A program made the translations under genes and the position numbers. A stretch of 64,000 nt of DNA, from the NCBI GenBank assembly GCA_031547085.1, contig JAVBSH010000055.1, forward strand, positions 3,249 to 67,248, written 5' to 3'. Below the pieces are notes generated by a model, which saw nothing but the letters and a program-made list of their open reading frames with translations, was not told where the DNA came from and ran no database searches. Origin of the DNA: Bacteroidales bacterium. Lineage in GTDB: Bacteria; Bacteroidota; Bacteroidia; Bacteroidales; UBA4181. Positions 28,152-36,990 of this stretch are shown in pieces. Position 1 is the first letter of the stretch. Each line of letters opens with the position of its first letter.

Positions 28152-29339
28152 ATGAATATACTTTTGATTTTGATTTTAAATTGTTTTTTGGCGAATGGGA
28201 TAAATGAGGGTTCAAAAAAAACAAAGAGCTATAAGCAAGAGACAAGTTCAAGGATTGTCAATGCAAGAGCTACTTCTGTATACGTATCCAACAACAATGT
28301 GTATATTGTTGGATATCAACACTCTGAAGACAAAAAAACAGTTGCTAAGCTTTGGAAAAACGGTACTGAGTATGACCTTACCGATGGGACTAATGATGCT
28401 TTCGCCTTGTCTGTTTTTGTATCCGGTAATGATGTATATGTGGTGGGTTACGAAAATTCCGATTCTCATTTTTTTAGGCCCACGGCTGGTTTGATTGTGA
28501 AGTCATTTGTTGCCAAATTATGGAAAAACGGTATCGCGCAAAATCTCAGTAATAAAGATGTTAAATATTCGATGGCGCGATCTGTTTTCGTATCCGGTGA
28601 TGATGTATACGTAGCTGGAATGGAAGTTGAACCCAACGAGAAAGATTCATTGTTCACAGTCGCTAGATTATGGAAGAACGGTGTTGTACAAAATCTTTCT
28701 GATAATTGTATGGGTATTGCCAGATCTGTTTTTGTATCCGGCAACGATGTGTATGTGGCGGGTAGTGGAAAATATGAATGTTCACCGAACGCTAAATCAT
28801 ATGTTGCTAGATTGTGGAAAAATGGCATAGCACAGAACCTTAGTGACGGAGCTAAAATGACTTGGGCCCATTCAGTTTATGTCTTCAATGATGATACTTA
28901 TGTAGCAGGAATTGAATATCCAGAATCTGATTTAAATAAAGAAACTCCGGTATTGTGGAAAAACGGTATTGTCCAATATATGAATATTGCCAACATAACT
29001 AGTAATACAGGGTGTGACAATGTTACAGGTTCGGCCAATTCCATTTGCGTTTCTGAAAGTGGGGATGTGTACGTGGTCGGCTTCATAAATTGCGGTAACA
29101 TTTATTCTGTATTGTGGAAAAACGGCATTGCACAGCTTATCAATCAGGATGGTACATTTCAGATGATTGAGGAGTTGGCTCGTAATAACTCTGTTTTTGT
29201 ATCTGGAGAAGATGTATACATAACGGGAAGTGAACATGGGGTAAAAATTGCTGCCATCTGGAAAAATAATATCTTGCAAGAGCTTACAGAGTATCATCCA
29301 GATGAAATAATGATTATTCGGCAACAGTTATCTGAATGA
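28152..29339 (+). CDS. Seven-repeat LWKNG protein (probable 7-bladed beta-propeller), N-terminal hydrophobic anchor/signal
   Basis: 395 aa with seven copies of (A/V)xLWKNGxxQxL...A(R/H)SVFVSGxDVYVxG (LWKNG x6 plus IWKNN; DVYVxG-type x7). The N-terminus is MNILLILILNCFLANG. Confidence 0.7.
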   Translation: MNILLILILNCFLANGINEGSKKTKSYKQETSSRIVNARATSVYVSNNNVYIVGYQHSEDKKTVAKLWKNGTEYDLTDGTNDAFALSVFVSGNDVYVVGYENSDSHFFRPTAGLIVKSFVAKLWKNGIAQNLSNKDVKYSMARSVFVSGDDVYVAGMEVEPNEKDSLFTVARLWKNGVVQNLSDNCMGIARSVFVSGNDVYVAGSGKYECSPNAKSYVARLWKNGIAQNLSDGAKMTWAHSVYVFNDDTYVAGIEYPESDLNKETPVLWKNGIVQYMNIANITSNTGCDNVTGSANSICVSESGDVYVVGFINCGNIYSVLWKNGIAQLINQDGTFQMIEELARNNSVFVSGEDVYITGSEHGVKIAAIWKNNILQELTEYHPDEIMIIRQQLSE

Positions 29340-30490
29340 ATATTCTTTTTCTCTCAAGATACGATCCTACAGTGATTAATAACTGGTCGGGTACCCTATA
29401 TTACATGTATCATAAATTAAAAGAAAAACATCATGTTGAAATCATAGGAACTGAAATACTGCATCAACTCACTTTTTTTTCAAATGGAAATTTCCATAAT
29501 GAGTTTTTCATATATAGCAATCGATATGTAAAAAATATTGGACTTCTACTATCAGAACGTATAAATATTGTTAAATACGATCTGGTTTTTTTGGGCGATT
29601 TAATTTTTTCCTCTTTAGATATTTGTATACCTTTTGTTCATCTCAGCGATATGACTTATGAGCAGGTAAATATATATTTAAAAAAATCAGACGAGAGAAA
29701 TATTGAACCTTGTATGTGTCTCGAGAAATTAATACTTAACAACTACTCAAAAATCATTTATACTTCCGAATGGATAAAACAAAAAGCAATAGAAACCTAT
29801 AATATCGACCCCAATAAAATTGCGGTGGTTGAATTGGGTGCGAATATACCAACACCAACAGATTATTCTATTGATATTGATACGGATATTTGCCGGTTGG
29901 TTTTCATTGGAAGAAACTGGGAGAAAAAAGGTGGCGATAAACTCTTGCAAGCATACCGGATATTGAAAACAGAAGGATTCCCATGTTCACTTACGATTAT
30001 CGGTTCCACACCAAAAGAAATTCCGGATGCCGACGAGGATTTAACCATTATTCCATTTCTTAATAAAGAGAAGAAAGAGCATTTGAATAAATTGTGTAAA
30101 ATACTTTCAAAGGCGCACTTTCTTGTTTTGCCAACCGAATTTGATGCTTATGGCATTGTTTTTTGTGAAGCGTCGGCTTACGGTGTTCCGTCTATAGCCT
30201 CAAATGTTGGCGGAGTTGGGCAACCTGTACGCGAGGGGAAAAATGGGTTCTTACTACCGCCCGATGCAACAGCACAGGACTATGCCGAAAAAATCAAAAG
30301 CGTTTTTAACGACCGGGAAAAATATTTCAAGTTACGTGCTTCCTCCCGCTGTGAATTTGAAACGCGGTTGAACTGGGATGTTTGGGGCGAACGGGTGAAT
30401 CAGATACTGGAGGATACTGTAAAAGGGTGGAAAGGACAAAAAGAAATGTGTGAAAACAATAGACTTATGTCATTTGATATTGAAAATTAA
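29336..30490 (+). CDS. GT4-type (GT-B) glycosyltransferase
   Basis: 384 aa with FLVLPTEFDAYGIVFCEASAYGVPSIASNVGGVGQPVREGKNGFLL (EX7E-type region). Its ATG overlaps the stop of the repeat protein (ATGA). Confidence 0.85.
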   Translation: MNILFLSRYDPTVINNWSGTLYYMYHKLKEKHHVEIIGTEILHQLTFFSNGNFHNEFFIYSNRYVKNIGLLLSERINIVKYDLVFLGDLIFSSLDICIPFVHLSDMTYEQVNIYLKKSDERNIEPCMCLEKLILNNYSKIIYTSEWIKQKAIETYNIDPNKIAVVELGANIPTPTDYSIDIDTDICRLVFIGRNWEKKGGDKLLQAYRILKTEGFPCSLTIIGSTPKEIPDADEDLTIIPFLNKEKKEHLNKLCKILSKAHFLVLPTEFDAYGIVFCEASAYGVPSIASNVGGVGQPVREGKNGFLLPPDATAQDYAEKIKSVFNDREKYFKLRASSRCEFETRLNWDVWGERVNQILEDTVKGWKGQKEMCENNRLMSFDIEN

Positions 30491-30548
30491 TGTATTTAAA
30501 ATGCTCCGTAACAATTAATTTGACATAATCTCTAATATAGCTAAATTA

Positions 30549-31712
30549 ATGAATATAATCTTTCTTGCAAGGGATGACCCTAAAGACATTCACAATTGGT
30601 CGGGAACCTTGTATCATATTTATCATAAATTAATAGAAAAACATCATGTTGAAATCATAGGTACTGAGTTGTTCGATCAACTTTTTGTTTTCAGGAATGG
30701 AAATTTTCCCCAAGATTTTTTCTTGCTTCAGGATCGATACGTGAAAAATCTTGGCAGGTTGTTATCGGAACGTATCAATGCACTCAAATTTGATTTGCTT
30801 TTTTTCGGAGATTTATTTTTTATCCCTTTAGACATTGACATCCCTTTCGTTCATTTCGGCGATCTGACTTACGAACAATTAAAGGTATATTATGTAAAAG
30901 AAGATGAGCGGGATATAGAGCCTTGTATCAACCTTGAGAAAATATTACTGAACACATCTTCTAAAATTATCTATTGTTCCAAATGGATAAAAAACCGGGT
31001 AGTTGAAATCTATAACATTAACCCCAATAAGATTGACGTGGTTGAAATGGGTGCAAATATTCCTACACCGCAGAACTATTCAATCGAAATCAATATGGAT
31101 GTTTGCCGGTTGGTCTTTATTGGAATAAATTGGAACAGAAAGGGTGGTGACATTGTTATGCAGGTATTTCAACATCTGAAAAAGGAAGGATTTCCTTGTA
31201 CGCTTACCATTATTGGTTCATCTCCAAGGAATAGACCAGAAGACAATCATGGCCTTACTGTTATTCCATTTCTTGATAAAGCCAAGAAGGACCACTTGAA
31301 GGTCTTAAACGACATTCTTAATGAGTCGCATTTTCTTGTTTTACCTACACGCTTCGATGCTTATGGTATCGTTTTCTGTGAAGCATCCGCGTATGGAGTT
31401 CCATCAATTGCGGCGGATGTTGGCGGAGTTGGACAGCCTGTATGCGAAGGGAAAAACGGTTTCTTACTACCACTTGATGCAACAGTACAAGACTATGCTG
31501 AAAAAATCAAAAGCGTTTTTAACGATCGTGAAAACTATATCCGGTTACGTGCATCTTCACGCCGGGAATTTGAAACGCGATTAAATTGGGATGTTTGGGG
31601 CGAACGGGTGAATCCTATATTGGAAAGTACTGTAAAAGAGTGGAAAGAACAAAAAATGCGTGAAGATAATTCAAGTCAAATAATAAGCACAATTAAAAAT
31701 GGAAAAAATTGA
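30549..31712 (+). CDS. GT4-type glycosyltransferase (tandem paralogue)
   Basis: 387 aa, collinear with 29336-30490 and roughly 70 percent identical by eye. The C-terminal 100 aa are nearly identical. Confidence 0.85.
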   Translation: MNIIFLARDDPKDIHNWSGTLYHIYHKLIEKHHVEIIGTELFDQLFVFRNGNFPQDFFLLQDRYVKNLGRLLSERINALKFDLLFFGDLFFIPLDIDIPFVHFGDLTYEQLKVYYVKEDERDIEPCINLEKILLNTSSKIIYCSKWIKNRVVEIYNINPNKIDVVEMGANIPTPQNYSIEINMDVCRLVFIGINWNRKGGDIVMQVFQHLKKEGFPCTLTIIGSSPRNRPEDNHGLTVIPFLDKAKKDHLKVLNDILNESHFLVLPTRFDAYGIVFCEASAYGVPSIAADVGGVGQPVCEGKNGFLLPLDATVQDYAEKIKSVFNDRENYIRLRASSRREFETRLNWDVWGERVNPILESTVKEWKEQKMREDNSSQIISTIKNGKN

Positions 31713-31716
31713 AATC

Positions 31717-32139
31717 ATGATGAAAAAAAAATCTTGGATAACAGTCGCTTGCTTTGCAACACTGTTTTTGGCATGTGTTTCATTCAAGACTCATACCAAT
31801 TCCGTAAACAATATAGACCAAATTATTGGAGTGTGGAAAATTGTTTCTCCTGAGTTAAGCGGAGAAGGTGAACAGGAAAATATTAAAATTATCACAAAAG
31901 ATCGTTTTATTTGGACGCATACAATCAACAGCATGATAATATTTTCGCTCGGAGGCACCTATTCTTTTGATGGAGAAACATATACTGAAATTATTAAATT
32001 CGGGACACCAAACCAGCGAACCGCATTTGGAAAAAAGGTAGTTTATAAAGTCCGGTTCGAGGACAAAAAAATGCATATCATTGGGGGGTACGAAAATGAT
32101 CATCGAGTTTTCAATGAAATATGGGAACGAATTGAATAA
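31717..32139 (+). CDS. Lipocalin-like small lipoprotein
   Basis: The start is MMKKKSWITVACFATLFLACVSF (lipobox FLAC). The IIGVWKIVS and RFIWTHT pattern is typical of Bacteroidales lipocalin-like domains. It begins 4 nt after the GT4 stop. Confidence 0.6.
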   Translation: MMKKKSWITVACFATLFLACVSFKTHTNSVNNIDQIIGVWKIVSPELSGEGEQENIKIITKDRFIWTHTINSMIIFSLGGTYSFDGETYTEIIKFGTPNQRTAFGKKVVYKVRFEDKKMHIIGGYENDHRVFNEIWERIE

Positions 32140-34036
32140 CAGTTACATTTCCGAAAATAGAGTAGACCTTTCGGTCATTGTTCCGGTATTCAATGCGGAA
32201 AAATTTTTACCTGCATGTATTGATTCATTGATACATCAGGGTGATCTTAGCCTTGAGATTATTCTGGTGAATGACGGTTCTACAGATCGTTCAGGAGAAA
32301 TTGCCGATGAATATGCCAATAAAGACAGTCGGATAAGGGTGATTCATCAAGGAAACGGGGGCGCCTCGGCGGCTCGTAATACCGGATTGGAACTGGCACA
32401 AGGTGAATATATTGCTTTTGTTGACAGCGATGATTGGGTTAAAGAAAAATCATTGTGTGAATTATATCATGAAGCGATCAAGCATCAGGCAGATATAGTG
32501 ATGGGCAAGATTGAGGTTTTGAATCAAAGTGAAAATATGTCTCTTCATCTTGAACCTGCTCCCAAGGGAATCAAGGACATTCCGTCAGGTAAAGAATGCT
32601 TCATCAACCTCGTTAAAGCAAAGGCTTATTCACCTATGGCATGTAATTACATATACCGTAGGGAATATATTGAAACAATACAAGCCCGTTTTGAAGAAGG
32701 CATCATGGCTGAAGATGAATTGTGGACTTGCATCGTTCTGTGCCAAGCAAAAAAGATGGTTATTGTTGACATTACTTTTTATTATTACCGCCTGCGAGAA
32801 GGTTCGGTCATGCACACAACAAATCCCAAACGGCGTTTAAAATCTTTGTTCCGGGTCACTGACCAATTGTTTGAATTTACTGATCGTTTCGACTTTAAAG
32901 GAGAAGACGGAGAATTGAAAAATTGGTTGTATGTTAATATCTATAGGATTTATTCCATAACCTTTACTGTACTTTCACGCATAAAGGACAGTTCAATTAT
33001 TGTGCCGGCAAATCATTTGGATCGTTTTTGGAGAAATTGCCCGGAAATGATGCCCGAGCCGCAAAAAGCCTGCAATGAATATTTCAGAGTTTCAGAAGCC
33101 GGTTTTAAAAAATATACTGATTGGCGTACATCGGAATGGGTGGCATCCATTGGTTCTCAAATTTCAACCGGAAAGAAACTAATGTTGGTATACAATACTC
33201 TCTGGAACGGGGAATTAACCTTAAAAATCGGGGATATTCCTGAAAAATGGCTTATTACCACTGACCGGCGCTATTTCCAGCAAGCAGATGCGGTTGTATT
33301 CCATCTTCCCGACCTGCGACAGGTACTGGACATTGATTTAGACAAGCCGGAAGGACAGATATGGGTTGGCTGGTACTTAGATTCAGAAAAAAATTATCCA
33401 TGGATTAGGTCGCCGGAAATGAAGGAAACATTCGACCTCTGGATGAGTTACCGTCAGGATGCTGACGTGGTGTATCCATATTACCAGTACGGATATCCCA
33501 AACTATTCATGCAACAAATTATTCATGCTCAAAAACAGGATAAAGCATGCTTGTTTGTTCCTAACCAACTAAACCATGCTTTTATGGAGCTGATGAAGCT
33601 TACTGCAATAGATGTTTTTGGAATGGGATACAACAACCAACAACCGCATTCGTTTCGCAGAACTGAAAAGTTAGATATTTATAGAAAATATAAGTTTGTC
33701 ATCGCATTCGAAAATGCGATTGACATAGACTATATTACGGATATTTTTTATGACCCGCTCATTGCCGGTTCAGTACCCATCTATTTAGGAGCACCCAATA
33801 TTAATGACTTTGCACCGGGCGACCATTGTTTTGTAGATGTACGGCAATTTGAGAATCCCAAAGCATTAGCAGATTTCATCAATACCTGTTATGATGATGA
33901 ACAACTGTATGCTAATTTTTTTGAATGGAAAAACCAACCATTAAAAGAGTCCTTTTTACAAAAAATAGAAAAGCAGAAAGATCACCCTTTAGTACGTTTA
34001 TGTCGGCAGGTTGAAGAAAAAATCAACCAAATATAA
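32096..34036 (+). CDS. Bifunctional glycosyltransferase: N-terminal GT2 fused to a C-terminal GT10-like fucosyltransferase domain
   Basis: The GT2 part has LSVIVPVFNAEKFL, LVNDGSTDRS and YIAFVDSDDWV. The C-terminal part has KFVIAFENAIDIDYITDIFYDPLIAGSVPIYLGAPNI, matching the alpha-1,3-fucosyltransferase FENS..YVTEK motif. The start is uncertain (TTG 32081, ATG 32096 or ATG 32114). Confidence 0.8.
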   Translation: MIIEFSMKYGNELNNSYISENRVDLSVIVPVFNAEKFLPACIDSLIHQGDLSLEIILVNDGSTDRSGEIADEYANKDSRIRVIHQGNGGASAARNTGLELAQGEYIAFVDSDDWVKEKSLCELYHEAIKHQADIVMGKIEVLNQSENMSLHLEPAPKGIKDIPSGKECFINLVKAKAYSPMACNYIYRREYIETIQARFEEGIMAEDELWTCIVLCQAKKMVIVDITFYYYRLREGSVMHTTNPKRRLKSLFRVTDQLFEFTDRFDFKGEDGELKNWLYVNIYRIYSITFTVLSRIKDSSIIVPANHLDRFWRNCPEMMPEPQKACNEYFRVSEAGFKKYTDWRTSEWVASIGSQISTGKKLMLVYNTLWNGELTLKIGDIPEKWLITTDRRYFQQADAVVFHLPDLRQVLDIDLDKPEGQIWVGWYLDSEKNYPWIRSPEMKETFDLWMSYRQDADVVYPYYQYGYPKLFMQQIIHAQKQDKACLFVPNQLNHAFMELMKLTAIDVFGMGYNNQQPHSFRRTEKLDIYRKYKFVIAFENAIDIDYITDIFYDPLIAGSVPIYLGAPNINDFAPGDHCFVDVRQFENPKALADFINTCYDDEQLYANFFEWKNQPLKESFLQKIEKQKDHPLVRLCRQVEEKINQI

Positions 34037-34076
34037 CCGTCAAAAACAAATTCAACAAACTGGAAGTAACAGTATT

Positions 34077-34508
34077 TTATTTAAACAAGGAATCAACAAA
34101 CTCATATTTATTAAACACCAACAGGTCCTCCATTTTTTCACCAACCCCGATATATTTAACCGGTATTTTGAACTGGTCGGAAATTCCCAGGATAACGCCG
34201 CCTTTGGCCGTGCCGTCAAGTTTGGTGAGCGCCAGTGCGGTTACTTCAGTAGCCAGGGTAAATTTTTTGGCCTGTTCGAATGCATTTTGTCCGGTAGAAC
34301 CGTCGAGTACCAGTAAAACTTCGTGGGGCGCTTCGGGTATCACCTTTTGCATCACTTTCTTGATCTTCGAAAGCTCATTCATCAGGTTCACTTTGTTGTG
34401 CAAACGTCCGGCAGTGTCAATGATCACCACGTCGGCATCGTTGGCTTTGGCTGAACTGATGGTATCGTAAGCCACCGATGCGGGATCGGCCTTTTCGGGT
34501 GTTTTATC
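34077..34508 (-). pseudogene. ftsY: 5'-truncated ftsY (SRP receptor) remnant: C-terminal ~143 codons only
   Basis: It reads ..ADPASVAYDTISSAKANDADVVIIDTAGRLHNKVNLMNEL...LTKLDGTAKGGV...YIGVGEKMEDL. This covers SRP-GTPase G3-G5 but has no G1 P-loop. The frame closes at a TAA (complement of 34509-34511). Only 114 bp remain before the GH92 stop. Confidence 0.8.
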
Positions 34509-34622
34509 TTAACTGATAATGATTTGTAATGCCTTCAAATGATTGTACAAGTGTTTATTCACTTTGCTTATGCGGATGTTTTGCTAAAGTGCCGGCAACA
34601 AAAGTTAATTTTCAAGAATTCC

Positions 34623-36842
34623 TTAATTTCCCGACGGTGGCACAGCATCTTTCCCTGTCCCCCATTGTTTATTCGGACGGTCTCCCATTTTCAGTTCTAA
34701 AGTGCCGCCATTAACGATATCGTCATGTGTAAACCATGTTTTATTCCATTCCTGGCCGTTCAATTTAGCTGATTGGATATATTTGTTGCTCCACGAAGCG
34801 TTGTTGGCCACAATGGTAAATTTTTTGCCATTATCAAGCCTGATGGTGGTTTTACTGAATATCGGACTGCCAATGTTATAGGCCGGTATTCCTGCCGAAA
34901 CGGGATAGAAACCCATTGCCGAAAAAGCATAGTAGGCCGACATGCCGCCACCATCCTCATCGCCGGGAATACCCATCAGGTCATTGCGGAACCAGCTTTC
35001 CATCACCATGCGGATGCGTTTTTGCGCTTTCCATGGTTCTCCGGCATAGTTGTACAGGTAAGGAATGTGGAAACTCGGTTCATTTCCGGCTACATATTGT
35101 CCGATGTTGCCCGTGGCATCCGGTTGCACGGCAAAATATTGCCATTTGGACATGGGAATTTCCGTTGCAAACAATCGATCCAACTGATTGATGAAGGGCT
35201 GCGGACCTCCGAACAAATCGATCAGGTCGGCAATGCGGTGGTGTACATCCCAGATATAGGTCCAAGCATTGTTCTCGTCGTAGTAATCGCGCGAACCGAT
35301 GCCCCCTGAGAGCGCATAATCGAATGGTTCGATGAATTTACCATTCTTGTCTTTGGGGTGGAAAAATCCGGTTTCCTTGTTGAACAGATGGCGATAATTA
35401 TACGAACGTTTGAGGAAAAATTCATAATCTTCGGTTTTACCCAAAGCTTTTGCCATTTGTGCAATACACCAGTCGTCATACGATGCTGCTTGGGTTACGG
35501 CCACAGCCTGCCGTTTCTCGAACGATTGCACTTCGGGAACCGTTTCTGTTTCGTCCGGGTACAGCGCCGGGAACCAGCCATGTTCGTGGTAAAAGTCGTC
35601 GAGCACAGTCTTGGGCGCTCGCTGCCATGGGATCATCGTTTCGGTAAGCACCGTATTTTTCATCCCTTCGAAAGCCTTTGCCACATCGAATTTCACATTC
35701 TTGCACAAAGCATCGGCAAAGATTACAGCGGCATGGTTGCCGTTCATGCAGTGGGCATCGCCAAACACGCCCGGGAAGGTAGGCATCCAGTGTTCGGGTG
35801 AGTGTTCACACATGCGGATAAACGAAGCCAGCTTTTCTTCCTCGGCTTTCGGGTCGAGGATGATCTGGAGCGGATGCAGCGCATGGTATGTATCCCAAAC
35901 CCAGTCGTCCGTCCAGAATGGTACACCGCCGTCATCATGCACCTGCCCGTCGAAACCGTTGTAATATTTCCCGTCTTCCGAGATATTGATCATCCGTTCG
36001 TGCGAGCGGTATAATGCGGTATAGAATGTTGTTTTCTCATTTTCCGTGCCGCCTTCCACTTCGATCTTGCCCAGCACTTTGTTCCATTGGTCACGGGCAT
36101 TTTTAGCAAGCCGGTCTATATCAAAATCCGTAACTTCTTTCTTCAGGTTCTTTTTCGCTTGTTCTACACTGATGTAAGAAATCCCGTAACGAACTTTTAC
36201 AGTTTTCACCGCCGGATCGAACTGGGCGAATGCGGCGGCTCTTTTTCCTGCGTCTTTATTACCTGTCTGTGTAGGAACCTGGTCAAATTCCAGAAAAAAG
36301 TAGTGTTTTGCACCACGATAATTCTCAAACCCGCTCATCGTTTTCCCGTCGGCTTTTATTTCGCCACCATCCACCGTGCGAAGCAAGATACTGCATGATC
36401 CGTTTTCCTCGAATGTAAAAGAATAGACGGCTGCTTTGGCTGCGGGTGCAAAATCGACATTAATACTATAATCATCTAAGAAAACAGAATACCGGTAAGG
36501 TGTGGAAACTTCGTGATCATAGCGGTAATTGATGTTCGGAGTCAGCTTTTCTATGTCACCGCAATACGGCATCAATAGCAATACATCGCCTTGCCTGTGC
36601 GACGGTACATTCAGCGGGAGACCCTGCATACGGTCGGTAACGAACTCACGGTGTGCGGGAATCATGCGCAACATACTGTTGGGCAAGTGTGTGGTGGGGA
36701 ATGTAGGCACCAGCAGGATGCTGATGTTACCGATGCGATTGTTCACATAATCCACCGGTTCTTTGGTCGGTGACGTGTTTTGTGTAGGAATGCAGCCTGC
36801 TGCACAGAGTAGGCTAACCAGCAAAAAGATGATGTTTTTCAT
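34623..36842 (-). CDS. GH92-family alpha-mannosidase
   Basis: 739 aa with signal/lipobox LLCAAGC. Size and motifs (GNEPSFHIPYLYNYAG, GIPGDEDGGGMSA) are typical of GH92. Confidence 0.88.
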   Translation of the reverse strand: MKNIIFLLVSLLCAAGCIPTQNTSPTKEPVDYVNNRIGNISILLVPTFPTTHLPNSMLRMIPAHREFVTDRMQGLPLNVPSHRQGDVLLLMPYCGDIEKLTPNINYRYDHEVSTPYRYSVFLDDYSINVDFAPAAKAAVYSFTFEENGSCSILLRTVDGGEIKADGKTMSGFENYRGAKHYFFLEFDQVPTQTGNKDAGKRAAAFAQFDPAVKTVKVRYGISYISVEQAKKNLKKEVTDFDIDRLAKNARDQWNKVLGKIEVEGGTENEKTTFYTALYRSHERMINISEDGKYYNGFDGQVHDDGGVPFWTDDWVWDTYHALHPLQIILDPKAEEEKLASFIRMCEHSPEHWMPTFPGVFGDAHCMNGNHAAVIFADALCKNVKFDVAKAFEGMKNTVLTETMIPWQRAPKTVLDDFYHEHGWFPALYPDETETVPEVQSFEKRQAVAVTQAASYDDWCIAQMAKALGKTEDYEFFLKRSYNYRHLFNKETGFFHPKDKNGKFIEPFDYALSGGIGSRDYYDENNAWTYIWDVHHRIADLIDLFGGPQPFINQLDRLFATEIPMSKWQYFAVQPDATGNIGQYVAGNEPSFHIPYLYNYAGEPWKAQKRIRMVMESWFRNDLMGIPGDEDGGGMSAYYAFSAMGFYPVSAGIPAYNIGSPIFSKTTIRLDNGKKFTIVANNASWSNKYIQSAKLNGQEWNKTWFTHDDIVNGGTLELKMGDRPNKQWGTGKDAVPPSGN

Positions 36843-36930
36843 GATATGGATCGTTAAAATTGTGCTGCAATTTACGCCATATCTGTAATGACACCAAATT
36901 TTCGCGGAAAATTATCAGTTAACCTAAACG

Positions 36931-36960
36931 AAAAAAGCCACCCCTTACGAGATGGCTTTT
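36931..36960 (-). terminator. Hairpin terminator downstream of the TPR lipoprotein gene
   Basis: The minus strand reads AAAAGCCATCTCGTAAGGGGTGGCTTTTTT: a stem AAGCCA/TGGCTT followed by a T-run, 30 nt after the stop at 36991. Confidence 0.55.
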
Positions 36961-36990
36961 CCATTTTAACCTTTAAATTTTATAGAAACA

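Noticed and set aside
28466-28828. 120-aa minus-strand ORF with a striking repeated PFFHNLAT motif, plus the periodic DNA repeats across 28.3-29.3 kb (checked as a possible CRISPR or tandem repeat).
   Set aside because: The periodicity is the antisense image of the LWKNG protein repeats. The units are about 145 bp, divergent and have no unique spacers. The plus-strand ORF is continuous and coupled to its neighbours.
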